DNA from: a virus
Taxonomy: Duplodnaviria; Heunggongvirae; Uroviricota; Caudoviricetes
Reading direction: 5' to 3' (one strand)
Length of the DNA: 64,000 nt
Virus record (IMG/VR): IMGVR_UViG_3300028610_000968
The notes under the pieces are model-generated. The model did not search any database. It saw only the letters and a program-made list of their open reading frames with translations, and was not told the origin of the DNA. Positions 23,237 to 34,300 of the stretch are shown one piece after another; positions within the stretch are counted from its first letter, which is position 1; every line of letters begins with the position of its first letter. The position numbers were made by a program, and so were the translations under genes.

Positions 23237-25297
23237 CTATGGGTTACAACGGACTGTAGCTGCTAAATTAGCACCTGCAACCGTTGACCCTATTTGATCT
23301 ATTTCTAAAGTTACAACATCACCTAAAGCTATTGAAGTGATATCTGGAGCCACACTATTACTACTAGTACTGCCAGCAGATATTGTTGGCCTGTTGCCTT
23401 GTGTGCTAAACATTGTAGTTCCGTTTTTATGAATATCAATTATTAAGTCAGCACCAGTTGGAGCTGTATCTACTGATAAATATACATCTACAACAGTTAA
23501 AGACATTGGTGATATACTAGATATAGCCTTTACCTCAACCACCAAAGTATCGTCTATATAATAACCAAACGCTCTAGTTGCACCACCAGTGTTAGGAACC
23601 CATTGGGTCATCACTAAACCGTCTTGTAGCATAAACGCATCTGTGTATCCAGTTCCTACTTCAAATAATTGAACTGTTAAGTTGGCTCTGGTTGTGTCCT
23701 CTGGATAATAATTATAATTTTCAGTGGTAGCGTTTCTTTCAATATACCAATAATCAAAAGATATATCTACACTAACACTAGAAGTTGTTTGTATCTCCTG
23801 TGCAGTTATAGTCAACCAATCAGGAGCGCCTACCTCTTCAAAATTATTCTTCTGGTCTTGTATTTCATTCCAACCATCTACTATATCAGACCTTTGTATG
23901 TATTTCACAAAGTAGTTACTGGCATCTGTTTTTATTCTGAGTGCCATACAATAATCGTTTTCAGTGTCTTCAAAGTGGGCTAAATCATTGGAAAGGTTGT
24001 CAGAACTTTCAACAAAAAATCTTAATTTCACTATATCAGTAATTCCAAAACTATTGAGATTTAATGTTCTTGTAAAGGCTGTTGTTACATCTCCATCTAT
24101 AGTGGCTTTCCTTGATTGAACTCCATGAGACACATTTATAAAATCATCTGATGAATTTGTCCAGTTACCATTGAAGTCTGATATTTCTGTTATTGGTCTA
24201 TTTAATGTGTGTACTCTAGTCCAATCTGTATAATTATCCTCTAATTCAAGTTCATCATACCCTATTACAGAATTAGAATTATCCATGTAATTTACTCTTA
24301 GATTATTTAGTTTCCCTTTTACATGAGTTGAACCAGTCATGGGTATGTTTTCAACAACATTAACATACACAGCTCTCAATTCTATCCTATTGCCTGTTTT
24401 CTCAGTGCAATCTAACTTCATACATCTGCTACCTATATTACCACCAGTAGATTCATAAGTGTCATTTAAAGTGCCAGCATCTTCATTGTCAACAGAAAAG
24501 TTTGCTGGTAAACTACCATCAACTGATTCCACATCTGCGTTTAATGTTTTATTAATAGCAGCTAAATCATTTTCTTTAGGATTTTTATTTCCATGCCCAA
24601 ATAAACCTATGTCATCTAAATATAAAACTACTTCATCATCATAAGAAACCTTAAATTTCAGCTTATATCTTGTGGCTTTTCGGGGTGACTTGAAATCAGT
24701 AATCAGTCTTCCCCAATCGTTTATCTCCGCTATATTTAAATCCTCTTGTTCTGATTCTCCCAGTTCTCTACCTTCACCATCTAACCAAACACAGGTTATA
24801 TCGAAAGAGGCCGATGAATTCTCAATGAAAGAATAAAACTGTAGTTGATATACTGATTCAGGTTTAATCCTTGTGTCATTTTCAATGTATTCAAACGTAA
24901 AGAACTGCTGCCCATAATCGTTTGGCCTGACCTGCAAAGATTTTATTCCAGAGTTTATTTCTTTATCACTAAGAGATAAATCACAATTGTATGATGCTCT
25001 CCAACCATTTCTGTTTAATTCAAAATCTCCATTTGAAATTAAGTTATTAGAATAGACTGAATCAAAGTCAACTTTAGAAACTATTACCCAGGAGTTATTA
25101 TCCCCCATAACAGTCACCTTGTCACCAATAGTGACTAGTGATTGTGGATTAAGCCTTGCTGAAATGGAGTCTCTATCGCCAACAGCTATCATAGCATTAT
25201 TTTCTTCTGGATTTAAACTAGTTATAGTTCCAGTTTTTATTGATACATTCCCTTTATTTGTACCTAATAGCTTTTCTATTTGTTTAACGTCAAACAA
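23237..25297 (-). CDS. Putative tail protein with carbohydrate-binding-like domains
   Basis: NLISNGDFE, LYLDDIGL; C-terminal VDTAPTGADLIIDI module. Confidence 0.65.
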   Translation of the reverse strand: MFDVKQIEKLLGTNKGNVSIKTGTITSLNPEENNAMIAVGDRDSISARLNPQSLVTIGDKVTVMGDNNSWVIVSKVDFDSVYSNNLISNGDFELNRNGWRASYNCDLSLSDKEINSGIKSLQVRPNDYGQQFFTFEYIENDTRIKPESVYQLQFYSFIENSSASFDITCVWLDGEGRELGESEQEDLNIAEINDWGRLITDFKSPRKATRYKLKFKVSYDDEVVLYLDDIGLFGHGNKNPKENDLAAINKTLNADVESVDGSLPANFSVDNEDAGTLNDTYESTGGNIGSRCMKLDCTEKTGNRIELRAVYVNVVENIPMTGSTHVKGKLNNLRVNYMDNSNSVIGYDELELEDNYTDWTRVHTLNRPITEISDFNGNWTNSSDDFINVSHGVQSRKATIDGDVTTAFTRTLNLNSFGITDIVKLRFFVESSDNLSNDLAHFEDTENDYCMALRIKTDASNYFVKYIQRSDIVDGWNEIQDQKNNFEEVGAPDWLTITAQEIQTTSSVSVDISFDYWYIERNATTENYNYYPEDTTRANLTVQLFEVGTGYTDAFMLQDGLVMTQWVPNTGGATRAFGYYIDDTLVVEVKAISSISPMSLTVVDVYLSVDTAPTGADLIIDIHKNGTTMFSTQGNRPTISAGSTSSNSVAPDITSIALGDVVTLEIDQIGSTVAGANLAATVRCNP

Positions 25298-28200
25298 TCT
25301 CTTCCGACTCCTCTACCTTATCCCCAAAGAATTTAGATAAGTTTTCATTTATTATTTTATTCCTAACCGACAAAGCTAATGTTTGAGTAAAACTCAAACG
25401 TTCTAAACTAAATGAATAACTAACCTTACTAATATAAAACTCTTCATTTATTCCTTTTCTTTCACTATTAATTCTTATTACATCACCAATATCTAGGTGT
25501 AGTAATGGATTTAGTACCTCTACATCTCCAACCAAAAGTCCTTCATTTCTATTGTAGTACTCTTGCTTCGCGGCAAATACCGCTGTTCTATCACTCTCAA
25601 ATGCACCTTCTACAAGTTCAAACCTAACTCCATATTTGTTAATACTGTCTTTATTTTTGACATTGCCGGAGTATTCTTTGCCATCTTTATCCCCAGCAGC
25701 GTAAACCCAGTTTGTATATTCAAATGATGAAAAGTTGACAGAAATTCTTTTTATATAATCATCTGTTATAGTCATAACTGAATTTTTCAAAGTATCTTCT
25801 TTGTACAACAAACTTCCGTCGGGAGTAAACCTTAGTTTCTTTTTGTAAGCCCTACTGAGCCTCTCTAAGAACTCTTTAGCACTTTCCCCTGGCCGCCATG
25901 TCATAAAGGTAAAATAGGACTCTCCTGTGGAATCTGAGTGCATTGTGACAGGCATGTATGATTGCATGGCACGACACGCAGCGTCTTGTACTATTGACAA
26001 ATCTGTTTTCTCTATATCTCTAAGCCTTTTAGTTCTTGGAGAATCAAAATGAACATGACCATATGCAAACAGTCCCATTCTATTACTTTCATAATCACTA
26101 ACAATACCTGTTTTTCTATACTTCAAAGAATCATTAAAGTACACGTTTAAAACTTTTTTAGTCACACTTAATCTCAGAGAATGTTTTTCAGTGAGAACTT
26201 GTTTACCTATATCTACACTTGTACTCACAATACTGTTATTATTTCTCTTAATGGTTATATCTAACACCCAAGTAGTACCAGGAGTTATGCCAACCTTTAT
26301 ATAATCTATTTTCTTATTATTACATCTTGCTATCATGCCAGCATTGACTTCCTCTTTGAACAAAAAGTCACACGCATAAGACATACCATATAGTCTAAGA
26401 GCCTTAGAATAAAGTTCTCCATAAGTACCGGCTGAATCACCGTAACTTAAAACTTGGTCTTGTCCATGAACCTTCCAATTATCTATATCTGTAGAAAGTT
26501 CTGTACCACCCATTATTTTAGCATCATCTATATACCCAACTGTAGAACCAGAACGAAATCCAAAGTAACCACTTGTGAAAGTAGTATCAGCAGAATGCTC
26601 AATCAGTTTAGCACCATTCACATAACAAGAAATTGTACTATCCTGTAAAACTATTTTATATCTAAACCAAGTATTAGTTGAGGGTGTTGAAAAAGACACT
26701 TCTTCAATTATGTCATAACCACCAATCACTTTTTTGTAAAGCCTAGCTTTGTTGGTATCTAAACCTGAAGCTCTAAAGAAATAGTGATTGTTGTTGTCAT
26801 TAGCCCTGAATACAATTGAAAAATCATTACCAGAGGTGCATTTGGCTCTGCAAGAAAAAATACCGTTAGTCATCCCCCTAAGAGATAACAAAGTTCCAGA
26901 ACCAGAAAACTTTAGCTTTTTGTTCTCTATAGTAACTGCACTGAGCTTTCTCCAACTAGATAGACTTTTAGAAAAATCGTCTGTAAACTTTATTGTAGTG
27001 TCCCATATCTTACTGTTTGGGTTTTGATTAAAATTGTCTTGTGGAATATAGCCATCAAAGTTGTCTAAAAAATCATAAACGGCTCCAGCATATGTAAGTG
27101 AATGAGGAGTCTTGTACCTAGCTAATTGATAACCATAGTCATAACAATCAACCCGAAGTTCGTCTGATATATCTTCACTGACATTTGACACATTCGCTAA
27201 GATTCCAGAAAACTCTTTTACATATTCAATAGTACCTTCTACATCTACTTCATAACCATAATATACATTAACAAATCTTACGGCTCTATCTTCTTCATCA
27301 ACAGGAATTAAACCATATAACTCAGAAGTTGTTTCCGTAGTTTTGAATTGATTATCTTTGTTATCCATTATCAATGAGGACATATTGGAAGAATCATCAT
27401 CAGAATTATCTACATTTGCCTCTATAACATAATCACTTACATCTACAGTGTTGTATGTTCTTCCAAACCCATGTGTGTAGAGCTTGGACTTATACAGGGA
27501 GTAAGATTTAGAATTATTACCCAAAGACAAACTCCCCACTATTCTATATGTATTATCATACAATTCTCTTTCAGTTCCCCAAAATGAGATATCAAAAGTA
27601 GTAAAATACAATGGAGTGTTTTTATTAACGTGCCTAACAAATTTATTAACATATATTCTATATAATCCTGAACTGTCTTGTGTGGCCATTATCCCATCAA
27701 AATAAACAGGTTTGCCAGATGTGTGCCAGCCTTGTGTCATTACATTATTGCTCTCCCACTTCAATTTGCCAAACCATGTATTGCTTAAATCCTTTTCTGA
27801 GATAAGTGTGTGACAAATCACAGAAGTCTTATTGTTGTGGTGATACTGTTCTATTCTATGGAGTATACTAAATGTATCAACGAAGAAAGAAGTCATCGAA
27901 GGTGGATATCTATAATTCTTCCAGTAAGAAGTATCTCTGTCCATAGAACCATCGTTCCCTATTAAAACATTAACGACCTCTACTTTTTTACTTGAGTTCA
28001 AGGTACTTGCTTCAACATCATCTATTGTAACTTTTCCGCTTGTATGTACTCCACAACAAATCTCAATATAAGCTTTTCTGCACTTTTTAGGAGCAATAGA
28101 GAATACTGTCATCTTAGTAAACTTAGAAGAGGATAAATTATAATCATCACCCCAACTGCCCTTACTAATAATAACATTATCACTTGAATCTACAAACTGT

Positions 28201-29474
28201 ATTCTAACAAAAACTACACTGTGATCATCCAAAGAACTTTTAATGGACGCTGACATAAGTACTCTTTCATCAGAGTCAACTGGTATAGCTTGTCTAACTC
28301 TAGTTAAACTAGCAGATCCACCACCAACATTAGATATTTCTAACATTCTATTCCCAGTGTTTCCTCCACCGCCAGCCCAGGTTATTACATTATTGGGTTC
28401 ACCAGTCTCGGTGTAATCCCAATCTTCGGTCGGGTCTTTTTCAAAACTTCTATTCACTATAAGACTTTTCTCTTTATCAAAACTATATAATACTTCTTGA
28501 GTGTATGGAGCCACTGCTGAATCATTGAAATTAATACATTCAAAATTATTTTTAACCATAGCACCATCAACCAGTAGAGTATCTCCACTGACTTTTATAA
28601 CTTCCAACATGTACTCTGACTTCACTAAATAATCATACAGGCTCACAACGCTCAGTTGTTGTGCGAACGTAGTGTTGTTAGATAAATCTATTGTTCTAGC
28701 AGAACCAGGAACCAGAGAGGTTTTCTTACCTGAATTTAAACTGTACAAAGCGACCTTTATTTTACAAGAAGATGTTCCTCTCCTGACAAATAAATCTAAC
28801 CCAGTACCTTTAAACACAAATCTAAATCCAGAATTATTAGTAGTAGTGAACTTACTTTTCTGTATAGTAGCTCCACCATAGTAATCTGCCCAACCACCGC
28901 CAAAAAATTTAAATGAATTAGCAGTATATCTTCTATACCCACTCAAACCGGCTTCTAATATCTTATGGTGCGGATATGAATCTACACCACTCCAAGTGAC
29001 TCCTCCATTATCACTGGTAACCTGTCTAATATTTACAACATTATATCCCCAATACCTAGTATCTAAAGTTTGCCAATGTACCACCAATTGCCCATCAGAC
29101 TTAATGTTTATTTTAACTTTCTTATCATACATTGGGTAAGCATAAGAGGAAGTGTACCCTATGGCTGTTGGTGAACCAATCAAAGAATTGGAGGTTGGAT
29201 TAAACTTAGCAAAATATAATCTAGTCTTACCTAAGTATTTTATATCATCATTTCCAGCCACAAATACAATATAGCCTAAAGTATTAGAATACTTTAAAAC
29301 ATCGAAAGCTTTATAATTAACAAATAAATCATCCACGAATGGAAGATTCAAGCCAGTTAAATAAGACAAACGACTTAAACTCTCTTCTACTGTACTTATT
29401 TCTACTTTTGAATGAACTCTTGGAGAATTAGACAACTGAGCAGCTTCTAACTCCCTACTTATTTCTAATGACAC
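25290..29474 (-). CDS. Large tail/baseplate-hub-like protein
   Basis: 1394 aa; internal lectin-like domains; C-terminal ERLS...LRF...NWVYAAG...SINKYG...DIGDVI. Confidence 0.65.
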   Translation of the reverse strand: MSLEISRELEAAQLSNSPRVHSKVEISTVEESLSRLSYLTGLNLPFVDDLFVNYKAFDVLKYSNTLGYIVFVAGNDDIKYLGKTRLYFAKFNPTSNSLIGSPTAIGYTSSYAYPMYDKKVKINIKSDGQLVVHWQTLDTRYWGYNVVNIRQVTSDNGGVTWSGVDSYPHHKILEAGLSGYRRYTANSFKFFGGGWADYYGGATIQKSKFTTTNNSGFRFVFKGTGLDLFVRRGTSSCKIKVALYSLNSGKKTSLVPGSARTIDLSNNTTFAQQLSVVSLYDYLVKSEYMLEVIKVSGDTLLVDGAMVKNNFECINFNDSAVAPYTQEVLYSFDKEKSLIVNRSFEKDPTEDWDYTETGEPNNVITWAGGGGNTGNRMLEISNVGGGSASLTRVRQAIPVDSDERVLMSASIKSSLDDHSVVFVRIQFVDSSDNVIISKGSWGDDYNLSSSKFTKMTVFSIAPKKCRKAYIEICCGVHTSGKVTIDDVEASTLNSSKKVEVVNVLIGNDGSMDRDTSYWKNYRYPPSMTSFFVDTFSILHRIEQYHHNNKTSVICHTLISEKDLSNTWFGKLKWESNNVMTQGWHTSGKPVYFDGIMATQDSSGLYRIYVNKFVRHVNKNTPLYFTTFDISFWGTERELYDNTYRIVGSLSLGNNSKSYSLYKSKLYTHGFGRTYNTVDVSDYVIEANVDNSDDDSSNMSSLIMDNKDNQFKTTETTSELYGLIPVDEEDRAVRFVNVYYGYEVDVEGTIEYVKEFSGILANVSNVSEDISDELRVDCYDYGYQLARYKTPHSLTYAGAVYDFLDNFDGYIPQDNFNQNPNSKIWDTTIKFTDDFSKSLSSWRKLSAVTIENKKLKFSGSGTLLSLRGMTNGIFSCRAKCTSGNDFSIVFRANDNNNHYFFRASGLDTNKARLYKKVIGGYDIIEEVSFSTPSTNTWFRYKIVLQDSTISCYVNGAKLIEHSADTTFTSGYFGFRSGSTVGYIDDAKIMGGTELSTDIDNWKVHGQDQVLSYGDSAGTYGELYSKALRLYGMSYACDFLFKEEVNAGMIARCNNKKIDYIKVGITPGTTWVLDITIKRNNNSIVSTSVDIGKQVLTEKHSLRLSVTKKVLNVYFNDSLKYRKTGIVSDYESNRMGLFAYGHVHFDSPRTKRLRDIEKTDLSIVQDAACRAMQSYMPVTMHSDSTGESYFTFMTWRPGESAKEFLERLSRAYKKKLRFTPDGSLLYKEDTLKNSVMTITDDYIKRISVNFSSFEYTNWVYAAGDKDGKEYSGNVKNKDSINKYGVRFELVEGAFESDRTAVFAAKQEYYNRNEGLLVGDVEVLNPLLHLDIGDVIRINSERKGINEEFYISKVSYSFSLERLSFTQTLALSVRNKIINENLSKFFGDKVEESEEIV

Positions 29475-29882
29475 TTATTCTTTTCCAACTCCTTCAAACA
29501 CTAAACTACCTTTGTAAGCGGATGGCACTGTCGAAACTATTTCATTGAATGAAAAATCAAGTATGCACCCACTTAATCTATTTTCCGAATCTATCTTTTC
29601 TGCCACTTTATAATTATGGTCTTGTAAAACAAACACATTGCCACTCTTATACCTTTTTTCCAATTCCTTATACATGACTCTGGTTATTCTATCCCAAGAC
29701 ATAGTTTTTCTTGTTGGTGCTCTCTTGAACACCTGAGCAGATTTGTTTGCAGAAATAGAATACTTAATAGAAATAAACTCTTTGTCATTTAATGGTTTAT
29801 AGGCTGTGGGATTTATCTCAAATGTATATATGGAAAAATACCCTGTAGTATCAATAAGTTTTAATCTAATTACTTCTGGCAT
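29475..29882 (-). CDS. Putative distal tail protein
   Basis: YTFEINP motif; position downstream of the tape measure. Confidence 0.45.
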   Translation of the reverse strand: MPEVIRLKLIDTTGYFSIYTFEINPTAYKPLNDKEFISIKYSISANKSAQVFKRAPTRKTMSWDRITRVMYKELEKRYKSGNVFVLQDHNYKVAEKIDSENRLSGCILDFSFNEIVSTVPSAYKGSLVFEGVGKE

Positions 29883-31375
29883 TATTCAGTATCCACCTCG
29901 AATACAACAGAGTTTGTATTAGTTTCTTCTGCTGTGTTTTTGTTCCCCGCCAAATCTATTGTTCTAACTCTTAGAAAGTAAGCTCCATCAGTTAATCCTG
30001 TTAATTCCTTTGACCACTCAACTGAACTTGTGCCAGAACCATACACCATAGGAATCTCTTGCCAAGCATTAGAAGCTGTATCAGTGTAGTTATTTATTTC
30101 TGTCAAATTATCTAAAATTTTAAAATCATCAAACAGGCCATCTGCCCCATCAGCAGTAGCACCTATTTCTACAAAAGCATTATCACTATCAACAACACTT
30201 ATAGTTTCTAATGTAATAGAATCTACTTCTACACCATCCAGTGATAAATACATATCACTAGAATTAGTACCATTATTTATATCCCATTTCAACTGCACTA
30301 AATACCAAGTACCACTCACCCAAGAAGATGATACATCACTAGTAGTAGTGTGCGCTACTGAACTTTTATCATAAATTATAAATTCTAAATTGTTACCTGT
30401 GGTTTTTTGTAGTACAAAAGAATTTTCAGCCGAACCTATTGAATAAGCAAATAATTTATGCATTGTACTATCATTGCCATTCCAATTTGGATTAAACCAC
30501 ATTTCACACGTACCAAGATTCACATCGAACTCAGTAGAATAATATCTTAATCTGTCTGTACTAGACATAGATACAGCATTCGCAAACTTTCCTGACACAA
30601 ATGAAGGTGAACCATCCACTATAGCATCTTCATAATCCTGCCCTTCATAATTATTCTCAAATTTACAATGTAGCACTGGTATCCTTTGTTCTAGAGAATA
30701 CTGCACATTTGTTATTGGAACCTCTGTATTTTTGTCTGCCTTGCCAGTTATCACTATACTTTGTCCAGATGGCATTAAACTTGGCAGTGGGTCGATTGTT
30801 GCAACTGGAACGTCATTATCAAGAGTAACAGAAACAGAATCCGAACCGCCGGTCTCTGCTAAATTTATATAATTTATCTGTAAGTCGTAATCACCATCAT
30901 CATACAGAGTGGAATCAAATGTAAAGTCTGTTGTCCAAGAATCACCATCTTGTACTGGAACACTAGAACCAATCAAAGTAGTCCCGAAGTAAAAGTAAGC
31001 AGCGTATATATCTGAACCAACACTATTACCGCTAACTGAAATCTGTGCCCCAGAACCTCTTAGGTATGTACCCATTGTGTCTATGTAAACTCCAGGTGAG
31101 CCTGTGTCTACCAACAGTTGTTGAGTGTTTATTCCCTCTACTTCTGCTGCTCCGCTGGTATACCAATAAAAGGTATTATCTCCTTCTAGACCTTCTCCAG
31201 CATGGAGTCCACTGTTTATAATTGCATACCCAGAAGACCAAGTTCCTCCTGAAGAGTTCCATTGCCAGTAAGATGTTCCTCCAGAACTTGCAAACAAATA
31301 TAAGTTCGGAACTTCATCAAACCATCCGCTTTCAGGTGTGTCTGGTATTAAATCAAGAATTGTAATTAAACTCAT
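29882..31375 (-). CDS. Virion protein with Ig-like and LamG/concanavalin-like domains
   Basis: DNDVPVATID, GTCEMWFNP, WYLVQLKWD, GAYFLRVRTIDLAGN. Confidence 0.7.
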   Translation of the reverse strand: MSLITILDLIPDTPESGWFDEVPNLYLFASSGGTSYWQWNSSGGTWSSGYAIINSGLHAGEGLEGDNTFYWYTSGAAEVEGINTQQLLVDTGSPGVYIDTMGTYLRGSGAQISVSGNSVGSDIYAAYFYFGTTLIGSSVPVQDGDSWTTDFTFDSTLYDDGDYDLQINYINLAETGGSDSVSVTLDNDVPVATIDPLPSLMPSGQSIVITGKADKNTEVPITNVQYSLEQRIPVLHCKFENNYEGQDYEDAIVDGSPSFVSGKFANAVSMSSTDRLRYYSTEFDVNLGTCEMWFNPNWNGNDSTMHKLFAYSIGSAENSFVLQKTTGNNLEFIIYDKSSVAHTTTSDVSSSWVSGTWYLVQLKWDINNGTNSSDMYLSLDGVEVDSITLETISVVDSDNAFVEIGATADGADGLFDDFKILDNLTEINNYTDTASNAWQEIPMVYGSGTSSVEWSKELTGLTDGAYFLRVRTIDLAGNKNTAEETNTNSVVFEVDTE

Positions 31376-31378
31376 ATT

Positions 31379-34300
31379 TTATCTCCTAGCATTACTTTGT
31401 ACACTCCTATTAAATTCATTCATAGTTTCACGTTTAAACGAACTCAACGCTTCCCCTAAATCTTCTTTAGACATACCAGTGGCATCAACTTGAATTTGAG
31501 AATTATCTTCATAAATAATTTGCCCACCAATATTACCATTTCTATCATCTAATCTTCTAATTATATCTAAAGCCATTTGCCCATACCCAGGTGGGAACAT
31601 TACTTCTCCTTTGTGAGTTTTGGCAATAACTTGGTCACGGAGAATTTCGCCACCGGATGCCATTGGGTAAGCAGTATTCCCTTTGAAACCAAAGTGCCAC
31701 CATTCTGGAGAATAATTCTGCCACCCAAAGTTACCAGCATTATCCATCATCCAGTTTGCTGCTTTGCGGCCACCACTTGTCCAAGCAAAATCAATGGCTC
31801 TTCCTCTATTGTGGTCACTCTTTCCGGGTGGAGCAACCCACTTCCTAGCAGCGGCTTCTGAACCATATCTTCTAACAGCATCATCCCACAAAACTTGTTG
31901 TTCACCAACAGTTCTGAAAGTATTTCCTATTTTAGATAAATCAACTCCATCTTTAGCGGCAGCTCCACTCATGACAGCAAAAGAACTTGCAGCATTTCTA
32001 CTTAACTTTAACCCGCCACCTATACCAACTAAATCTGCTGGCCCACCTTGCTCATGGGCACGTGCAGATAGCGTTGTACCGCCTGTAATGTACTTGATTA
32101 CTTCTCCTAATTTATCCATAAACCTAGAGAATACACTTCTCTCTCGTTCATCTCCGTGAACAGTCATGGATGGGTCTCCTTTGGTCATAAGGTCAACCAT
32201 ATTTCTAAGTTGCTCATTTAAACCTGTAAGAGCCGTCACAAGGTCATCTGTTACAGTTTTGAAATCAGTCATACCTTTAGCATAATTATCTAAAGTACCA
32301 CCTTCTTTTATTAACTCTTCATAGATAGCTATTAACGTTTCAGCTCTTTCTTTTTCAGCTTTAGTTAATTCCCTAGTGGCATCAGCAGAATCAATTGTTT
32401 GTAGAGCATAATTACTCATAGCTTTAATTATCTCTTGAGTAGTCATATTAGCATTTTGTTGTCTTTCATCTAATTTGTCTAGTATATCTCTCAATGCCTC
32501 AGCTGAGTGCATAGTGTCACCAGTAGTATCTGTCAGAGTGTTCATATGCGTTGACATTTGTGAAATAGCATCACTAGCACTATCTATAGAATCTGAGGCT
32601 AATTCATTTTCATCTGTAGTGTCACCAATAAACTTCTTATACTCTTGAAAAGATATAGCTAAAGGTGACTGTAGCCCAGAAGCTCGTCTTACAATATTCT
32701 TAGCAAACTCATTACTGGTATCTTCGTCTTCATTTCTTATCTTATATATCTCTTCTTCATACTTCCACATTTCTTCTTGAAGCTCATGTCTCTCCGAGAA
32801 GTTAAGTAGATTTTGGTAAAGTTTAATTCTATTCTCTTTAGACAATCTATCTAATACAGCTTGATGCCCAATCCAAGCTTCTGCTTTGTTCAATTTATCT
32901 CTTAGGTAGTTGCCTTCTATCCCAAAAGATTCTTCTTCTAAAGTCCATATGTCTTTAGTATTGTCTGCACTTTTAAGCATAGCACTATAAGCAGCTAATT
33001 TATCAACAAAGTTAAGTCTGCCTAAATTGTCAGATTCATCTGACATAAATTCAGATATGAATCCACCTTTGTTAGCGAGTTCTTTTTGTTTATTGAAAAT
33101 ATCTGTTTGTACCTTTAATCTTTCTTCTACTGTGGGAGCCTGCTTTTCTAAAATCTTTAGTATCTCTACTTCTCTTTCAGCAGTTATTCTTTCAGTACTA
33201 AGAAGGAAATCTAAATAAGTTACCTTTGCATTGAATATCTCTTTGGCCCTAGACTTGGCTTCTTTCTGTAACTCTTGTTGTTTATCAAACTCATCGTCTC
33301 TCAGAGATTGTATTTCCTCTGCTATTTCAACGCCCTTTTGGAAGAGCATCATTCTTTCTTCCGGGCTTTCGGCTTGAGTAAATAATCCACCCATTACAGC
33401 ATCATAGTCACTGACCAAATCACCAGACTTTAAGTTGTCTGTAAAAGCTCTCAGTCCACTGAAAATATCTAATTTGTTGAATGTCGTGGCTGCTCTTTGA
33501 ACCATGCCCTCTACTTGAGTTTCCAAAGCTGATAGCCACTCAGAATAATGTAAAGCCACTTCTTCATTGGCCTTTATCATCTTATCATATTTTTGTTTTA
33601 CTTGTTTTTTATTATCCTCTATTTGTGATTGTAGTTTATTTGCTTCTTTTCTACTAGAAGAAAAACCACCCAAAGTACGATAAGCATCTTGTTGTAAAAG
33701 ACTACCTCTGGCTGTAGATTCATCAAATTTATCACTTCTTAGTTTCCCAGTTTCCATCCAAGTTAACATGCCTTCTTGTAACCTTTTCACATCTTCACCA
33801 GCGCCAAATGCTTTGTACTGAGAACCAAACCCCAATTTTGTAGCGTCGTCCATAGCTTTCGTTATAGTTATAAAAGGTTCTAACTTTTCTTTTAACTTTT
33901 CAAAAGCTACCGCAACAACTCCAATTCCAGTGGCAAGTGCCTTTGTTTTTTCAAGAGTTCCCTCCATAACATAGCCTATCTTTTCAAGCTCTACACCAGC
34001 TTTTTCTGATTCAATTACCGCTAATTTACCTGCTACTCGGTCTGTCCCTGAAGTAATTTGTGACAAAACAGTTCCAAAATTACTAAAAATGGCTTTTGTT
34101 AAACCTACAGTTCCTCCAAAAGCTTCAAATGGGTTTGCCATAGTGCCATCAGCACCGAACTCTCCTAGTTTTCTCCTTCTCTCTATTAATCTCGCTTCAA
34201 CGTTTTCCCTGTTATTCTCATATTGGTTTCTAACGCCTCTTCTGCCAAATTTAAGTCCTGTACCATAAGAAAATGAGGGAAGAACATTCTCTGCTAACCA

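Noticed and set aside
22208-31375. Diversity-generating retroelement acting on tail genes
   Set aside because: No reverse transcriptase and no adenine-mismatched TR/VR pair were noticed in the window.
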